From assembly GCF_028368995.1 (NCBI RefSeq), contig NZ_JAQNDL010000001.1, positions 2,240,001-2,304,000 of the forward strand: DNA of 64,000 nt, given 5' to 3'. The notes under the pieces were generated by a model that was not told the origin of the DNA, made no database searches, and saw nothing but the letters and a program-made list of their open reading frames with translations. The DNA is from Nannocystis bainbridge (GTDB lineage: Bacteria; Myxococcota_A; Polyangia; Nannocystales; Nannocystaceae). This document shows, in pieces, positions 43,464-55,584 of this stretch (positions within the stretch are counted from its first letter, which is position 1; each line of letters opens with the position of its first letter). The position numbers and the translations under genes are program-made.

Positions 43464-44516
43464 TCACGGAAATCGGACTTCGACCGCGAGCAGGGCGCGA
43501 AAGCTCGCCAGGGCGCCACGGTAAATCTCCCCCAGATTCGCCACGACGAACCGGGGCCTCACGACGTGGACGGCGCCCTCGACGATCGCGCCGACGGCGA
43601 CGCGCGGGTGGGCCGCGTAGAACACGCCCGGGGCCAGATGGAGGGCCACGAACAGCTGGCGCGCCTCGCTGGTGATCGTGTAGCCGACCCCGCGGCCATA
43701 CATGGCGCCGAGCTCGAGGCCGGCGCACAGCGGGAACTCGAACTTGCGCGCGTGCAGCAGCGGACACCCACGCACCGCGCCGACCGCGAGCTGGAGGTCG
43801 GCCCCGCGATCGGGGATGTCGTCGAAGCGGGCCCGTCGCAGCGGCCCGTAGCCGACCTCGAACTCGAGCCGCGCGCGCGGCCAGATCAGCGCCGGCGTGA
43901 GCCGCAAGAGCGCGCCGACGCCCGGTAAGTCGCCGAAGCTCAGGCCGGCGCCGAGCCGCACGCCGCCGCGCACGCGCCTCTCCTTCTTCTGCTTCACCTC
44001 GGGCCGCGGCTGCGGCTCGGGCCGCGGCGGCTCCGGCTGCACCACCGGCTCCGGCGGCGGCTCGGGTTCGAGCGGTGGTTCGAATTCCTCGACCGTTTTG
44101 GCCTCGGCCGCGACCTCGGCGGCGTCTGTCTCTTCGGACATGCGATCGAGGACCGACGGATCGATCGCCATCGCCGCGATCAGGGCCCCGGCGCGCGCGA
44201 GCGCGTCGCACTGCGCATGCGTCAACGAGCGCTGCAGGGTGCCCTCGTCGCTGACCGTCCACAGCCGCAGGTCGAACTCGCCGCCGGGATCCTGGCGGAC
44301 GCGGGCGATCGCCGTCAGCCGCGGGCCCTTGCGCTCCGTCAGCGGCCCGCCGAGCAGGCGCTCGAGCTCGGCGACGACCTCGGCCTCGGCGGGGCAGGTC
44401 GTGGGCGCGTCCCAGCGGAACTCGACGACCGGTCGCGGGCTCGCGGGCGCCGCTGCGGCCGGGCCCATCGCTCCCGCGAGCAGCAGCGCCACCAGCCCGC
44501 CGTGAAGCATCGCCAC
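43464..44516 (-). CDS. Secreted protein with a probable C-terminal outer-membrane beta-barrel
   Basis: Signal peptide, WDAPTTCP N-domain, Pro/Glu linker, and amphipathic beta-strands ending VEVRFP. Confidence 0.7.
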   Translation of the reverse strand: MAMLHGGLVALLLAGAMGPAAAAPASPRPVVEFRWDAPTTCPAEAEVVAELERLLGGPLTERKGPRLTAIARVRQDPGGEFDLRLWTVSDEGTLQRSLTHAQCDALARAGALIAAMAIDPSVLDRMSEETDAAEVAAEAKTVEEFEPPLEPEPPPEPVVQPEPPRPEPQPRPEVKQKKERRVRGGVRLGAGLSFGDLPGVGALLRLTPALIWPRARLEFEVGYGPLRRARFDDIPDRGADLQLAVGAVRGCPLLHARKFEFPLCAGLELGAMYGRGVGYTITSEARQLFVALHLAPGVFYAAHPRVAVGAIVEGAVHVVRPRFVVANLGEIYRGALASFRALLAVEVRFP

Positions 44517-44581
44517 GCGGCGGAGGATGGTCCGCCGCCGCCGCGATTACAACGGCGAAACGCGGCGCGCACGCGCGCGCC

Positions 44582-45397
44582 CTAGGACATCCCGCGACGG
44601 CGCATGAACGCCGCCTTGTTCTTGGCCCCGCGCCGCTCGAGGGCCGGTCGCAGCCACGCGCGCAGGCGCGGCGAAAGGTAGCCGAGCGTCGCCAGCTTGC
44701 CCGACGCGAACGGCAGATCGATCTCCGTCGGGCTGCGCGGATCCTGGATGCACGCCAGCACCGCCGCTGCGCACTGCTCGGGGCTGCTCATCGGCTGCGA
44801 GAAGGTAAGGTCGCTGACGCCGTGGATGTCGGCGTCGAAGAAGCCGCTGTCGACCGGCCCGGGGTTGACGTTGGCGATCCGGATGTCGCGCCGCGCCAGG
44901 TCCTCGGCGGCTGCGAGGGCCCAGAAGCGCAGGCCGGCCTTGGTCCCCGAGTACACCGCCGAGCCGGGCACGCCGAGCTTGCCGGCCAGGCTGGCGACGT
45001 TGACGACGCAGCCGCCGGCGCGCATGTGGTCGGCGGCGATCCGCGTCAGCACCACCGGCGCCGTCAGGTTGACCGCGACCATGTCGGCCAGCGCCTCCGG
45101 CGGGTGTTGCAGCATGTCGCCGCGGTGATGCAGGCCGGCGTTGTTGACCAGCACGTCGAGGCCGCCGAAGCGCGCGACCACCTGGTCGATGAGCCATGGC
45201 AATCGGGACAGGTCGCCGACGTCGCACGCGATCGCCACGGCGCCCTCGCCCAGCTCGGCGGCCGCGGCCTCGAGCTTGTCGGCCGTGCGCGCGACCATCA
45301 CGACGCGCATGCCCGACCTGTGCAGCAACTTGGCCGTCGCCAGGCCGATGCCCGACGACGCCCCGGTGACGAGCGCGACCCTGTCCTTGAGCTCCAC
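44582..45397 (-). CDS. Short-chain dehydrogenase/reductase
   Basis: TGASSGIG, NNAG, YSGTK. Confidence 0.92.
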   Translation of the reverse strand: MELKDRVALVTGASSGIGLATAKLLHRSGMRVVMVARTADKLEAAAAELGEGAVAIACDVGDLSRLPWLIDQVVARFGGLDVLVNNAGLHHRGDMLQHPPEALADMVAVNLTAPVVLTRIAADHMRAGGCVVNVASLAGKLGVPGSAVYSGTKAGLRFWALAAAEDLARRDIRIANVNPGPVDSGFFDADIHGVSDLTFSQPMSSPEQCAAAVLACIQDPRSPTEIDLPFASGKLATLGYLSPRLRAWLRPALERRGAKNKAAFMRRRGMS

Positions 45398-45533
45398 GCG
45401 GCGACGCTAGCAAAACCCCGCCCAAAAAGGACGGACCTCGCCGACGTCGATGCGCACGGCGGTGACTTCCAACGAAGAGCCCGCTCCACGAACGAGCCGA
45501 CACAGCGGGACCGCGACGCCGCGACGACCGACC

Positions 45534-45571
45534 AAAAAGGCCGAGCCCCGACCCTGGTGGATCGGGGCTCG
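45534..45571 (-). terminator. Intrinsic terminator after groEL
   Basis: Stem CGAGCCCCGA/TCGGGGCTCG followed by a T5 tract on the minus strand. Confidence 0.75.
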
Positions 45572-45604
45572 TACGCGCGCGCAGTCAGCGAGCGCGGGCC
45601 GGGC

Positions 45605-47600
<1,996 letters not shown>

Positions 47601-47726
47601 CTGCGGTCTCTCCTGATTTCCGAATGCAGGCCCCGTGGGGGGAAAGATGCTGTTCGTGGTTGCGAGCGTTCCCGCGCGACTCCGCTTAACTCTGCGGAAT
47701 CGCCGTGAAAATTTGCGGGGGCTCCG

Positions 47727-47754
47727 TTAGCAATCACCCATGTAGGAGTGCTAA
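47727..47754 (-). promoter_or_regulatory. CIRCE-like HrcA operator
   Basis: The minus strand reads TTAGCACTC-N10-GATTGCTAA upstream of groES; the canonical form is TTAGCACTC-N9-GAGTGCTAA. Confidence 0.85.
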
Positions 47755-47764
47755 CGCGGCGCGG

Positions 47765-47792
47765 AGTGTAAAGCGAGTCGGTACCCGGTCAA
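47765..47792 (-). promoter_or_regulatory. Putative sigma-70 promoter of groESL
   Basis: TTGACC-N16-TACACT immediately upstream of the CIRCE element. Confidence 0.6.
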
Positions 47793-47898
47793 CCCCTCCG
47801 CGCGGGACGTTCAACGGTCAGAACTCGTGCGGTTAACTCACATAATTCGCTTGCCTGGCCGGTCGTCTCTGGTAGCGTGGGAAAATAGGAAACCTCCC

Positions 47899-48450
47899 AT
47901 GCCCGAGCCAGAACTTCGTTTTGCAGGAACCCTCGAGTCCTTCTTCTACGACCGCGTGGCCCAGGGAAAGACCGGCAGCTCGTTGCCCACCGAGGTGGGG
48001 GCGTACGTGGTCCACATGCTCGCCGACCACGTGCGGCGGACCAGCGTCGCCGGTCGCACCGCCGGGCCGCTCGCGCTGCAGTACCTGGCCGCCCGCGAGC
48101 AACAGGGGGCGCGCCGGACCCAGGCGCTGCGGGCTGTCGGCGACCGGGCCCTCTTCATCGCCGGGGTCGTCCCGCACAGCATCGACCGCACCCCCGTCGA
48201 CCTGCGCTATGTGCGCTCGCTCGGCGCCAGCGCCTACCGCCAGATCGGCGAACCGGCCGTGTTTCGCACCCTCGCCGTCAGCTTCGAGGCTGCGGCCGAG
48301 GCGATCTCGGAGGCCACCGACAGTTGTCCGGACGGCGACCTGCTCGGCCTCTACGAGCGCTGGCAGAAGTACGGCGATCGCCGTGACGAACAGCGCCTGG
48401 GCGCCGCCGGCGTCGTCCTGGTGCGGGGCCGGCGCGACGTGATCCAGTGA
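47899..48450 (+). CDS. Conserved hypothetical protein
   Basis: Normal composition. LRAVGDRALFIAG..DLRYVRSLGASAY..LLGLYERW looks like a conserved uncharacterised helical family. Confidence 0.75.
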   Translation: MPEPELRFAGTLESFFYDRVAQGKTGSSLPTEVGAYVVHMLADHVRRTSVAGRTAGPLALQYLAAREQQGARRTQALRAVGDRALFIAGVVPHSIDRTPVDLRYVRSLGASAYRQIGEPAVFRTLAVSFEAAAEAISEATDSCPDGDLLGLYERWQKYGDRRDEQRLGAAGVVLVRGRRDVIQ

Positions 48451-48512
48451 GTCGGTGACTGACTCGGCGAACCCGGGTTCGCCGACCGCGGCCACCGGGA
48501 CCCGCGACGTGG

Positions 48513-49349
48513 TCAGGGCCGCAGCACGGTGTTGTCGATCAGGCGCACCCCGCCGAAGAACGCCGCCACGGCGCACAGGGCCGGTCGCTCGACCCCGGTC
48601 ACCGGTTGCAAGTCCGCGGCGTCGACCAGCGACGCGTAGTCGACCCGGCCCGGCGCCAGGGCAGCGCCCGGATCGCCGAGCAGCGCCGCGGCCTCGCGCT
48701 CGCCCGCGGCGAAGCGCGAGCGGACCTCGGCCAGCCAGCGCGCGATGGCCAGCGCCTGCGCGCGTGCCTCCGGCGACAGGTTGGTGTTGCGGCTCGACAT
48801 CGCCAGACCGTCGGCCTCGCGCACGATCGGCATGCCCACCACCTCGCCGCCGAGGAACAGGTCCGCGTGCATGCGGCGGAGGATCGCCAGCTGCTGGAAG
48901 TCTTTCTCGCCGAACAGCGCCGCGTCCGGGCGGACCAGCCCCCACAGCTTGGCCACCACCGTACAGACCCCGCGGAAGTGGCCCGGGCGCGACGCGCCGC
49001 ACAGGTGCTGGTCGAGGCCCTGCACCTCCACCCACGTGTTCGTCCCGTGCGGATACAGCTCGCGCGGGTCGGTCGGGCAGAACGCGACGTCGACCCCGCA
49101 CTCGCGCGCCTTGGCCAGATCGCCGGCCTCGTCGCGGGGGTAGCGGGCGAGGTCTTCGCTCGGGCCGAACTGGGTCGGGTTGACGAAGATCGAGAGCACC
49201 AGGCGATCGCCGCGCTGCCTGGCCGCGCGCAGCAACGACAGGTGGCCGTCGTGGAGATAGCCCATCGTCGGCACGAACGCGACGCGCGTCGCGGGGCCGA
49301 GCGAGGCTCGCCACGCCTGCATCTCCGAACATGTCCGAACGACCAGCAT
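48513..49349 (-). CDS. panC: Pantoate-beta-alanine ligase
   Basis: FVPTMGYLHDGH, SIFVNPTQF, FGEKDFQQ, GLAMSSRN, RLIDN. Confidence 0.97.
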   Translation of the reverse strand: MLVVRTCSEMQAWRASLGPATRVAFVPTMGYLHDGHLSLLRAARQRGDRLVLSIFVNPTQFGPSEDLARYPRDEAGDLAKARECGVDVAFCPTDPRELYPHGTNTWVEVQGLDQHLCGASRPGHFRGVCTVVAKLWGLVRPDAALFGEKDFQQLAILRRMHADLFLGGEVVGMPIVREADGLAMSSRNTNLSPEARAQALAIARWLAEVRSRFAAGEREAAALLGDPGAALAPGRVDYASLVDAADLQPVTGVERPALCAVAAFFGGVRLIDNTVLRP

Positions 49350-49352
49350 GCT

Positions 49353-50240
49353 CTACTCCGTCGCCGAGGGCGGCCCACCCGGGCTCGTGGGCCCGGCGGA
49401 GAAGCTGTGCTCGTCGCCCGGGAAGCTGCCCTCGCGGACCTCGCGGCCGTAGGTGGCGAACGCGTCGCGCACCACGCCTGCGAGCTCCGCGAAGCGCTTG
49501 ACGAAGCGCGGCTTGAAGCGGTCGTCGAGCCCGAGCAGGTCCTGCATCACCAGCACCTGGCCATCGCAGCCGACCCCTGCCCCGATCCCGATCGTCGGGA
49601 TCGCCAGCGATTGCGAGATCTGCCGCGCCAGCGCCGCCGGGATGCCTTCGAGCACCACGGCATAAGCGCCGGCCTCTTGCAGTTGCAGCGCGTCCTGTCG
49701 CAGGCGCTCCGCCGCCGCGTCCTCGCGACCCTGCACGCGGAAGCCCCCGAACTCGTGGACGCTCTGAGGCGTGAGGCCGAGGTGACCCATCACGGGGATA
49801 CCCGCCTGCACGATCTTGCGCACCGCATCCGCCCGGCCGCCGCCCTCGAGCTTGACCGCCTCGGCGCCACCTTCTTGCACGAGCCGACCCGCGGACAGGA
49901 GCGCTTGCTCGGCGCTCACCTGGTAGCTCATGAACGGCAGGTCGACGACCAGATGCGCTCGCTGGACCGCACGGCGGACGCAGCGGGCGTGGTAGCACAT
50001 GTGCTCGAGAGTGACCTCGAGCGTGTGCGGATGGCCTTGCATCACCATGCCCAGGCTGTCCCCGACCAGCACCACATCCGCGCCTGACTCGTCGACGAGG
50101 CGAGCGAAGGTCGCGTCGTAGGCCGTGATCATGACGATGCGCTGGCCTTGGCGCTTGTATTGATGGAGCACCGGCGCGGTCACGCGGCGCGTCGTCGCGG
50201 GGATCTCCCCGGTTGCTGCGGGCTTGGCTCCGAGGGTCAT
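49353..50240 (-). CDS. panB: 3-methyl-2-oxobutanoate hydroxymethyltransferase
   Basis: [35 protein letters not shown]. Confidence 0.97.
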   Translation of the reverse strand: MTLGAKPAATGEIPATTRRVTAPVLHQYKRQGQRIVMITAYDATFARLVDESGADVVLVGDSLGMVMQGHPHTLEVTLEHMCYHARCVRRAVQRAHLVVDLPFMSYQVSAEQALLSAGRLVQEGGAEAVKLEGGGRADAVRKIVQAGIPVMGHLGLTPQSVHEFGGFRVQGREDAAAERLRQDALQLQEAGAYAVVLEGIPAALARQISQSLAIPTIGIGAGVGCDGQVLVMQDLLGLDDRFKPRFVKRFAELAGVVRDAFATYGREVREGSFPGDEHSFSAGPTSPGGPPSATE

Positions 50241-50532
50241 ATGTGCTCGCGCGAAGCATATCGCAGAGCAGCGAGGTCGCGGTCCATGAAGAATTTGCTC
50301 GCCGTGCTCCGGCGTCGGCTCGCGCCTCGGCGCATGACATGTGTGCGGGGCGATGCACGCCTCGCCTCATGAGCTGGACACCTCGTGTCCGCGCGGCTGT
50401 GACGATGAATTCGCGGTCGACGAGCTCGCGATTCGCGGTGCGCTGTTTCGCGGGACAGCGGTGACAAAAATCACCCAAGTGTGAAGTTCCCGCCGTGTCT
50501 TCGCGGAGATTTATTTTCTTCGCTGGGAAAAG

Positions 50533-51597
50533 ATGACTTTGATGGGAAGGGCTGATCGACGTTCTTCTCGCACGAATGTGCGGGCGACATCGCTGCTTCG
50601 CGGCACCTGGCCTCTCGGGCAGGTCCTCTGTGCCATGTCCTTGTGGGCTTGTGGGGCCGACGACGGCGGCACCGGGGACAGCGAAGCGACCACGGTGGCC
50701 GAGACCACCGACGACGGCACCGGCGGCACCGACAGCACCGGCGGCACCGACACGCCGACCACCGGCACCACCGGAGCGACCGACACCTCGGGCACCACCG
50801 GCGTCGACGTCGGCCGCGCCAAGGGTCTGCTCAACTTCACCTTCTATCCCGAGACCGCGGGCGGCCTCCCGGCCGAGCTGGGCATGGCAGGCGCCTGGCG
50901 CACCGAGCCGCTCACCACCGACGACTTCTTCGCCGTCCAGGCCTGGGGCATGCACCTCCCGCCGGCGCCGGACGAGCCCAACACCATCGCCAACAACGCG
51001 ATCCCCGCGCCCTACGAATGGGGCAAGGACGAGACGTGGGTCGTCGGCGGCAACGCGCTCAAGCTGCGCGGCGCCGCCGGTGAGTCGCTGGCCTGCCTCA
51101 TGATGGTGCAGGACACCTTCCCGGTCTACTTCAGCGACGACGCCGAGTTCTTCGACCCGCTGTGCGCCCCCGACCCCGCGCGCTGGGTCGCTGGCGACGT
51201 CTACGACGTGATCGCCTTCGGCGGCGACGGCAAGGACGACATCGTCCTGCCCGCGGCCGTCACGGCTCCGACCGCGCTGACCGTCACCGCGCCCGACGTC
51301 GGCGTCTCGCTGTTCGACCACGACCGCGCCACCGACCTGAAGCTCACCTGGGACGCCAACGGCGGCCAGCCGAACCGGATCGTCGTCCGCCTCATCGACA
51401 CCTACGGCCAGATGCTCACCGCTCACGCCGTCGACGACGGCAGCTTCACCATCCCGAGCGCCGAGCTGCTCCAGCTCGCCCCCGGCCCCGCCACCCTCAC
51501 CATCGCCCGCGAGCAGAGTTTCGACCTCGGCCTCCCGGACGGCGACCTGCGGGTCGTCCTCCGCTACGAAGTCTGGGCCGACCCCGATCTGATTTAA
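50533..51597 (+). CDS. Hypothetical lipoprotein
   Basis: Lipobox SLWAC, a Thr/Gly-rich linker, and a C-terminal beta domain DDGSFTIP. Start uncertain. Confidence 0.75.
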   Translation: MTLMGRADRRSSRTNVRATSLLRGTWPLGQVLCAMSLWACGADDGGTGDSEATTVAETTDDGTGGTDSTGGTDTPTTGTTGATDTSGTTGVDVGRAKGLLNFTFYPETAGGLPAELGMAGAWRTEPLTTDDFFAVQAWGMHLPPAPDEPNTIANNAIPAPYEWGKDETWVVGGNALKLRGAAGESLACLMMVQDTFPVYFSDDAEFFDPLCAPDPARWVAGDVYDVIAFGGDGKDDIVLPAAVTAPTALTVTAPDVGVSLFDHDRATDLKLTWDANGGQPNRIVVRLIDTYGQMLTAHAVDDGSFTIPSAELLQLAPGPATLTIAREQSFDLGLPDGDLRVVLRYEVWADPDLI

Positions 51598-51618
51598 AGG
51601 ACCCCCACGAGACGGACC

Positions 51619-53127
51619 ATGCAGCGCAGAACCTTCATGAAGTCCCTCGGCGTCGCCACGGCGGCCGGCGCCTCCTTCGGCATTCTTCGTCATCCACGGC
51701 GCGCGGAGGCGTACTGGGGCGAGTGGCCGGCCGACAAGCTCGACGCCATGATCCCCGTCGAGCGTCAGGCCAAGAACGTGCTCGAGCTCTACCTCTACGG
51801 GGGTATGAGCGCGTTCGACACCTTCTACGCGGTGCCTGACTGGGGGAAGAACGACGAGCGGTTCCTCCACGCGTTCTACAACCAGACCCAGACGCGCTTC
51901 GGCCAGTGCGGCTTCGGCAACGAGCTGACCGAGGCGTTCGCCGAGGACGCCAAGGGCACTCTGGTCCACCTCGGCCCGTGGGTCTCGCCGCTGCGGGCCC
52001 GGCCCGACATCGTCGCGCGCATGCGGGTGCTCGTGCAGCGCCACGACCTCCTGCCGCACGAGGGCGCCAACCCCTACGCGCTGACCGGCAGCCGCCTCGG
52101 CTCGCCGCGCCTCGCCGGCGTCGGTGCGTCGATCCAGCGCCACTTCCTCGAGCAGCCCGGCGGCCTGCGCCCGACCCCGTACGCCTACGTCCTCTACCCC
52201 GGCGTCGAGTTCCCGACCGACAACGTGCTCGCCGCCTCCGCCATCGGCCTCCACCCCGGCTCCGCGCGCCCGCTCAGCGTCACCGTCGATCCCAACTCGT
52301 CGCTGTCGCAGCTGCTCGCCCGCCCCAGCGTCGGTGAGGGTCGTGACGACTACGACGCCGCCGTCGACCACTACCTCGCCGCCTACCAGCAGCGCTTCCG
52401 GCCCGGTGGCAAGGGCCAGCTGACCCGCTCGGCCGAGCGCAGCAACTTCGAGTTCGCCCACTTCGCCCGCCGCGGCGCCGGCGAGCTGTCGAGCGTGCTC
52501 TCGGCCGACCTGTTCGAGGACGTCGCCGGCACCCAGTGCAACGACATGTCCGGCAACGACAAGCCGCGCATGCAGGCCCGCATGGCCGCCAGCCTGCTGA
52601 CCCGCGCCCAGGATCAGGCCCGCTACGTCCACTGGATCGACGGCGGCCTCAAGCCCAACCCCTCGGCCGGCCACGACACCCACGACAGCCACGTCGAGGA
52701 CTCCTCGCGCAACGTCTCGCACACCCTGCAGTGCCTGGCCGACATCATCAACGCGCCGAACGAGAACGACCCCGGCAAGATCAACCTCGACGAGACGATG
52801 ATCGTCATCAACACCGAGTTCGGCCGCACGCCGCACCGGCAGGGCCAGTCGGGCCTCAACCACTGGCCGCAGGGCATGGTCAACGTCGTCATCGGCGGCC
52901 CCATCACCGAGGCCGAACGCGGCATCTACGGCGCCATCACCGAGGCCGACGGCTTCGCCGACACTTACATCAGCCCGGCCGAGAACCGCATGCTCGTGAT
53001 GATGGCCCTCGGCATCTACCCGTTCAGCTCGCAGACCTTCGCCGTCGGCGACGTGGCCGGCGGCGTCAAGAACCAGGCCGAGGCAGCCCAGCGGCTGCGC
53101 GACGTCTACATGGGGCTCAAGCTCTGA
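51619..53127 (+). CDS. TAT-exported DUF1501-like protein
   Basis: TAT motif MQRRTFMK, then LYGGMSAFDTF, HDTH, TEFGRTP and NHW. Confidence 0.85.
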   Translation: MQRRTFMKSLGVATAAGASFGILRHPRRAEAYWGEWPADKLDAMIPVERQAKNVLELYLYGGMSAFDTFYAVPDWGKNDERFLHAFYNQTQTRFGQCGFGNELTEAFAEDAKGTLVHLGPWVSPLRARPDIVARMRVLVQRHDLLPHEGANPYALTGSRLGSPRLAGVGASIQRHFLEQPGGLRPTPYAYVLYPGVEFPTDNVLAASAIGLHPGSARPLSVTVDPNSSLSQLLARPSVGEGRDDYDAAVDHYLAAYQQRFRPGGKGQLTRSAERSNFEFAHFARRGAGELSSVLSADLFEDVAGTQCNDMSGNDKPRMQARMAASLLTRAQDQARYVHWIDGGLKPNPSAGHDTHDSHVEDSSRNVSHTLQCLADIINAPNENDPGKINLDETMIVINTEFGRTPHRQGQSGLNHWPQGMVNVVIGGPITEAERGIYGAITEADGFADTYISPAENRMLVMMALGIYPFSSQTFAVGDVAGGVKNQAEAAQRLRDVYMGLKL

Positions 53128-53145
53128 ACGAGAGGAGGCGCGACC

Positions 53146-55329
53146 ATGACTCGACTTCACCACTCCAACGCTCCTCTCCTCGCGTCTGTCTTTGCGTGCA
53201 TGTCCCTCACGGCATGTCCCAACGACCAGACCGACTCCGACACCGCCACCAGCGGCGACACCAAGACCAGCGGCGACTCGACCGAGACTGACGCGACCGA
53301 CAGCGCCGCCCCGACCACCACCGACACCCCGACCACCGCGGCCACCGACGGCACCAGCGACGGCACCGGTGACCCCGGCGAGGAGCCGCCGCCCGCGGGC
53401 GACGGCGAAGAGTCGTGCGACGCCGGCGACGAGGCGTTCGTCAAGCGCGTCATCCCGCTGCTGCAGGGGCGCAAGCCCGAGGGCATGCGCGAGGTCCAGC
53501 TGCTCGTCAGCGCGATCGAGCAGCTCGACGCCAAGGGCCAGGACGGGCGAGCGATCGTCGCCCGCGGGCTCGCGTCCGGCGACCTCTACCTCAACCGCTG
53601 GCGCACCTTCTTCTGGGAGCAGCTGAAGATCAACCGGTTCGAGATGAAGTCGAACTACGGCTGCTACTCGCAGATGACCGGCGCCGCCGACGACGACGAC
53701 CTCGCGGCCTACATCCGCGACAACGACGCCCAGGGCTCGAGCTTCGGCCCGCCGTTCACCATGGGCGACGTCATGATGAGCGCCCTGCGGCTCGACGACC
53801 TGAGCCCGATGTACCGCGCCGACATGTTCGCGCGCATGGCCCGGCCGCTGTCCGGCGCCAACATCACGCAGGAAGAGTTCGAGATCAACGCCCGCTCCAA
53901 CTACGGCGAGATCTTCGAGTCGAGCTACCTCGGCCGGCGCAGCGGCTGCCTCGAGTGCCATACCAGCACCGAGTCGGTCACCTACAACCCCGACCCCAAG
54001 TACAACCACTTCTGGGCCCTCCCCGGAGACTTCGAGGGCGCCATCTACGGCGACCCGAAGGGCCGGCCGGAGGAAGAAGTGTACGCCGCCTTCCGCTGGA
54101 CCGGCTTCGTCGACAACGACGGCGCGGTCGAGCCGTGGGGGTGGAGCAACAGCTGCGGCCGCTTCAACCCCGGCAACCAGGGCGACATCCTCGGCATCCC
54201 CGGCTACCTCGGCGGCGCGCTGCCCGAGGGCGGCCAGCTGTTCGACATCGATCCGCTGTTCAAGACCGGCTTCGCCACCCTCGCCAGCGAGGGCCTCATG
54301 GTCGACGGCAACCTGTCCGTCGCCCCCGACCAGGCGCTCGCGTACCTCACCGCCGTCAACATCGCCAACGGCGTGTGGAAGGAGATGCTCGGCTACCCGC
54401 TGACGCTCGCGCACAGCTTCCCGCGCAACGAGAAGCAGCGCGACATCCTCGGCGAGCTCGCCGACGCCTTCATCTCCGACGAGTACTCGCTGCGGACGCT
54501 CCTGGTCGAGATCGTCACGCACCCGTACTTCAACCAGGAGGCGCCGGACCTGTGCGACGCCTCGAACTCGTACCACATGAAGCCGGTGTTCGACCCGTTC
54601 TCGGTCACCGCCGCCGACCCCAACATGCGCGGCAACGGCGTCGGCGACCGCATCCAGCGCTACAGCGCGTGGGTGCTGGTCGAGTCGGCCATGCGGGCGA
54701 TGTGGTGGGAGCTGCCGGTGCAGCAGGTCCAGGACAACGAGTGGAACTACCCCAGCGTCAACTTCCTGCGCGACCAGGGCGTGTTCCTCAAGGACGCGAT
54801 CAACGGCTTCAACGGCGTCGACTTCAACGGCCTGCTGTCGTGGGAGAACCAGCTCGCCGCCGGCACCAAGCAGTCGATGCAGGGCAGCTGCACCGGCCCG
54901 CTCGGCCAGCCGTGCGCGCCGTACGAATGGATCGAGCTCATGCTGGTCGAGGCCAGCATGGTCCCGGGCGCCACCGTGGGTGACATCGCGGCCGCGATCA
55001 AGGACCGCCTGATCACCGAGCCGACCATCGCCGGCCCGGCCGAGGCCGCCGCCATCGAGGGCGTCATCGGCCTCCCGCTCGACACGCCGATGAGCCAGGC
55101 CGACACCGGTCAGCTCGAGGCCGGCGCGCGCCGGTTCGCCGGCATGCTGCTCAGCACCCCGCAGTTCATGCTCTCGGGCGTGCCCAGCCGCGATCAGGAC
55201 CCGGCGGCGATCCCCGCCTTCGCCGTCCCCGGCACCGACATCGAGTCGCTTTGCAACGTCCACGCCCCGCTGCTCCTGGGCGGCCAGTTCTCGTGGAGCT
55301 GCAGCGCCGACGGGCTCAAGCTGCGCTGA
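53146..55329 (+). CDS. Large lipoprotein with a single CxxCH heme motif (DUF1549/DUF1553-like partner)
   Basis: Lipobox SLTAC, DEAFVKRV..LQGRKP, YLGRRSGCLECH, and YSLRTLLVEIVTHPYF. GAGGAGG RBS. Confidence 0.8.
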   Translation: MTRLHHSNAPLLASVFACMSLTACPNDQTDSDTATSGDTKTSGDSTETDATDSAAPTTTDTPTTAATDGTSDGTGDPGEEPPPAGDGEESCDAGDEAFVKRVIPLLQGRKPEGMREVQLLVSAIEQLDAKGQDGRAIVARGLASGDLYLNRWRTFFWEQLKINRFEMKSNYGCYSQMTGAADDDDLAAYIRDNDAQGSSFGPPFTMGDVMMSALRLDDLSPMYRADMFARMARPLSGANITQEEFEINARSNYGEIFESSYLGRRSGCLECHTSTESVTYNPDPKYNHFWALPGDFEGAIYGDPKGRPEEEVYAAFRWTGFVDNDGAVEPWGWSNSCGRFNPGNQGDILGIPGYLGGALPEGGQLFDIDPLFKTGFATLASEGLMVDGNLSVAPDQALAYLTAVNIANGVWKEMLGYPLTLAHSFPRNEKQRDILGELADAFISDEYSLRTLLVEIVTHPYFNQEAPDLCDASNSYHMKPVFDPFSVTAADPNMRGNGVGDRIQRYSAWVLVESAMRAMWWELPVQQVQDNEWNYPSVNFLRDQGVFLKDAINGFNGVDFNGLLSWENQLAAGTKQSMQGSCTGPLGQPCAPYEWIELMLVEASMVPGATVGDIAAAIKDRLITEPTIAGPAEAAAIEGVIGLPLDTPMSQADTGQLEAGARRFAGMLLSTPQFMLSGVPSRDQDPAAIPAFAVPGTDIESLCNVHAPLLLGGQFSWSCSADGLKLR

Positions 55330-55344
55330 GCGGTCCCGCCGCCA

Positions 55345-55528
55345 AACATGGCCCCTGCGACATGGCGCTTTCGCCATGTTCAGGGGCCTCGTCGCGAGCG
55401 GCCGCGGACCGGCATGGATGCGCGCCCCTCGAGACATGTCTCTCTCGCCATGCTCAATAACTCCATGGCAAGCGGCCACGGACGCGCACCGATGCATGCC
55501 CCTTGAGACATGTCTCTTACGACATGTC
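55345..55528. repeat. Cluster of 14-bp-phased palindrome junctions between convergent genes
   Basis: Phased sets 55345/55359/55373, 55433/55447 and 55493/55507/55521. Confidence 0.8.
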
Positions 55529-55584
55529 CCGTAAAACTCGTCCCGAGGAGCCGGGAGCGAAGTTCCTCTTCCTGACCCCGATGC

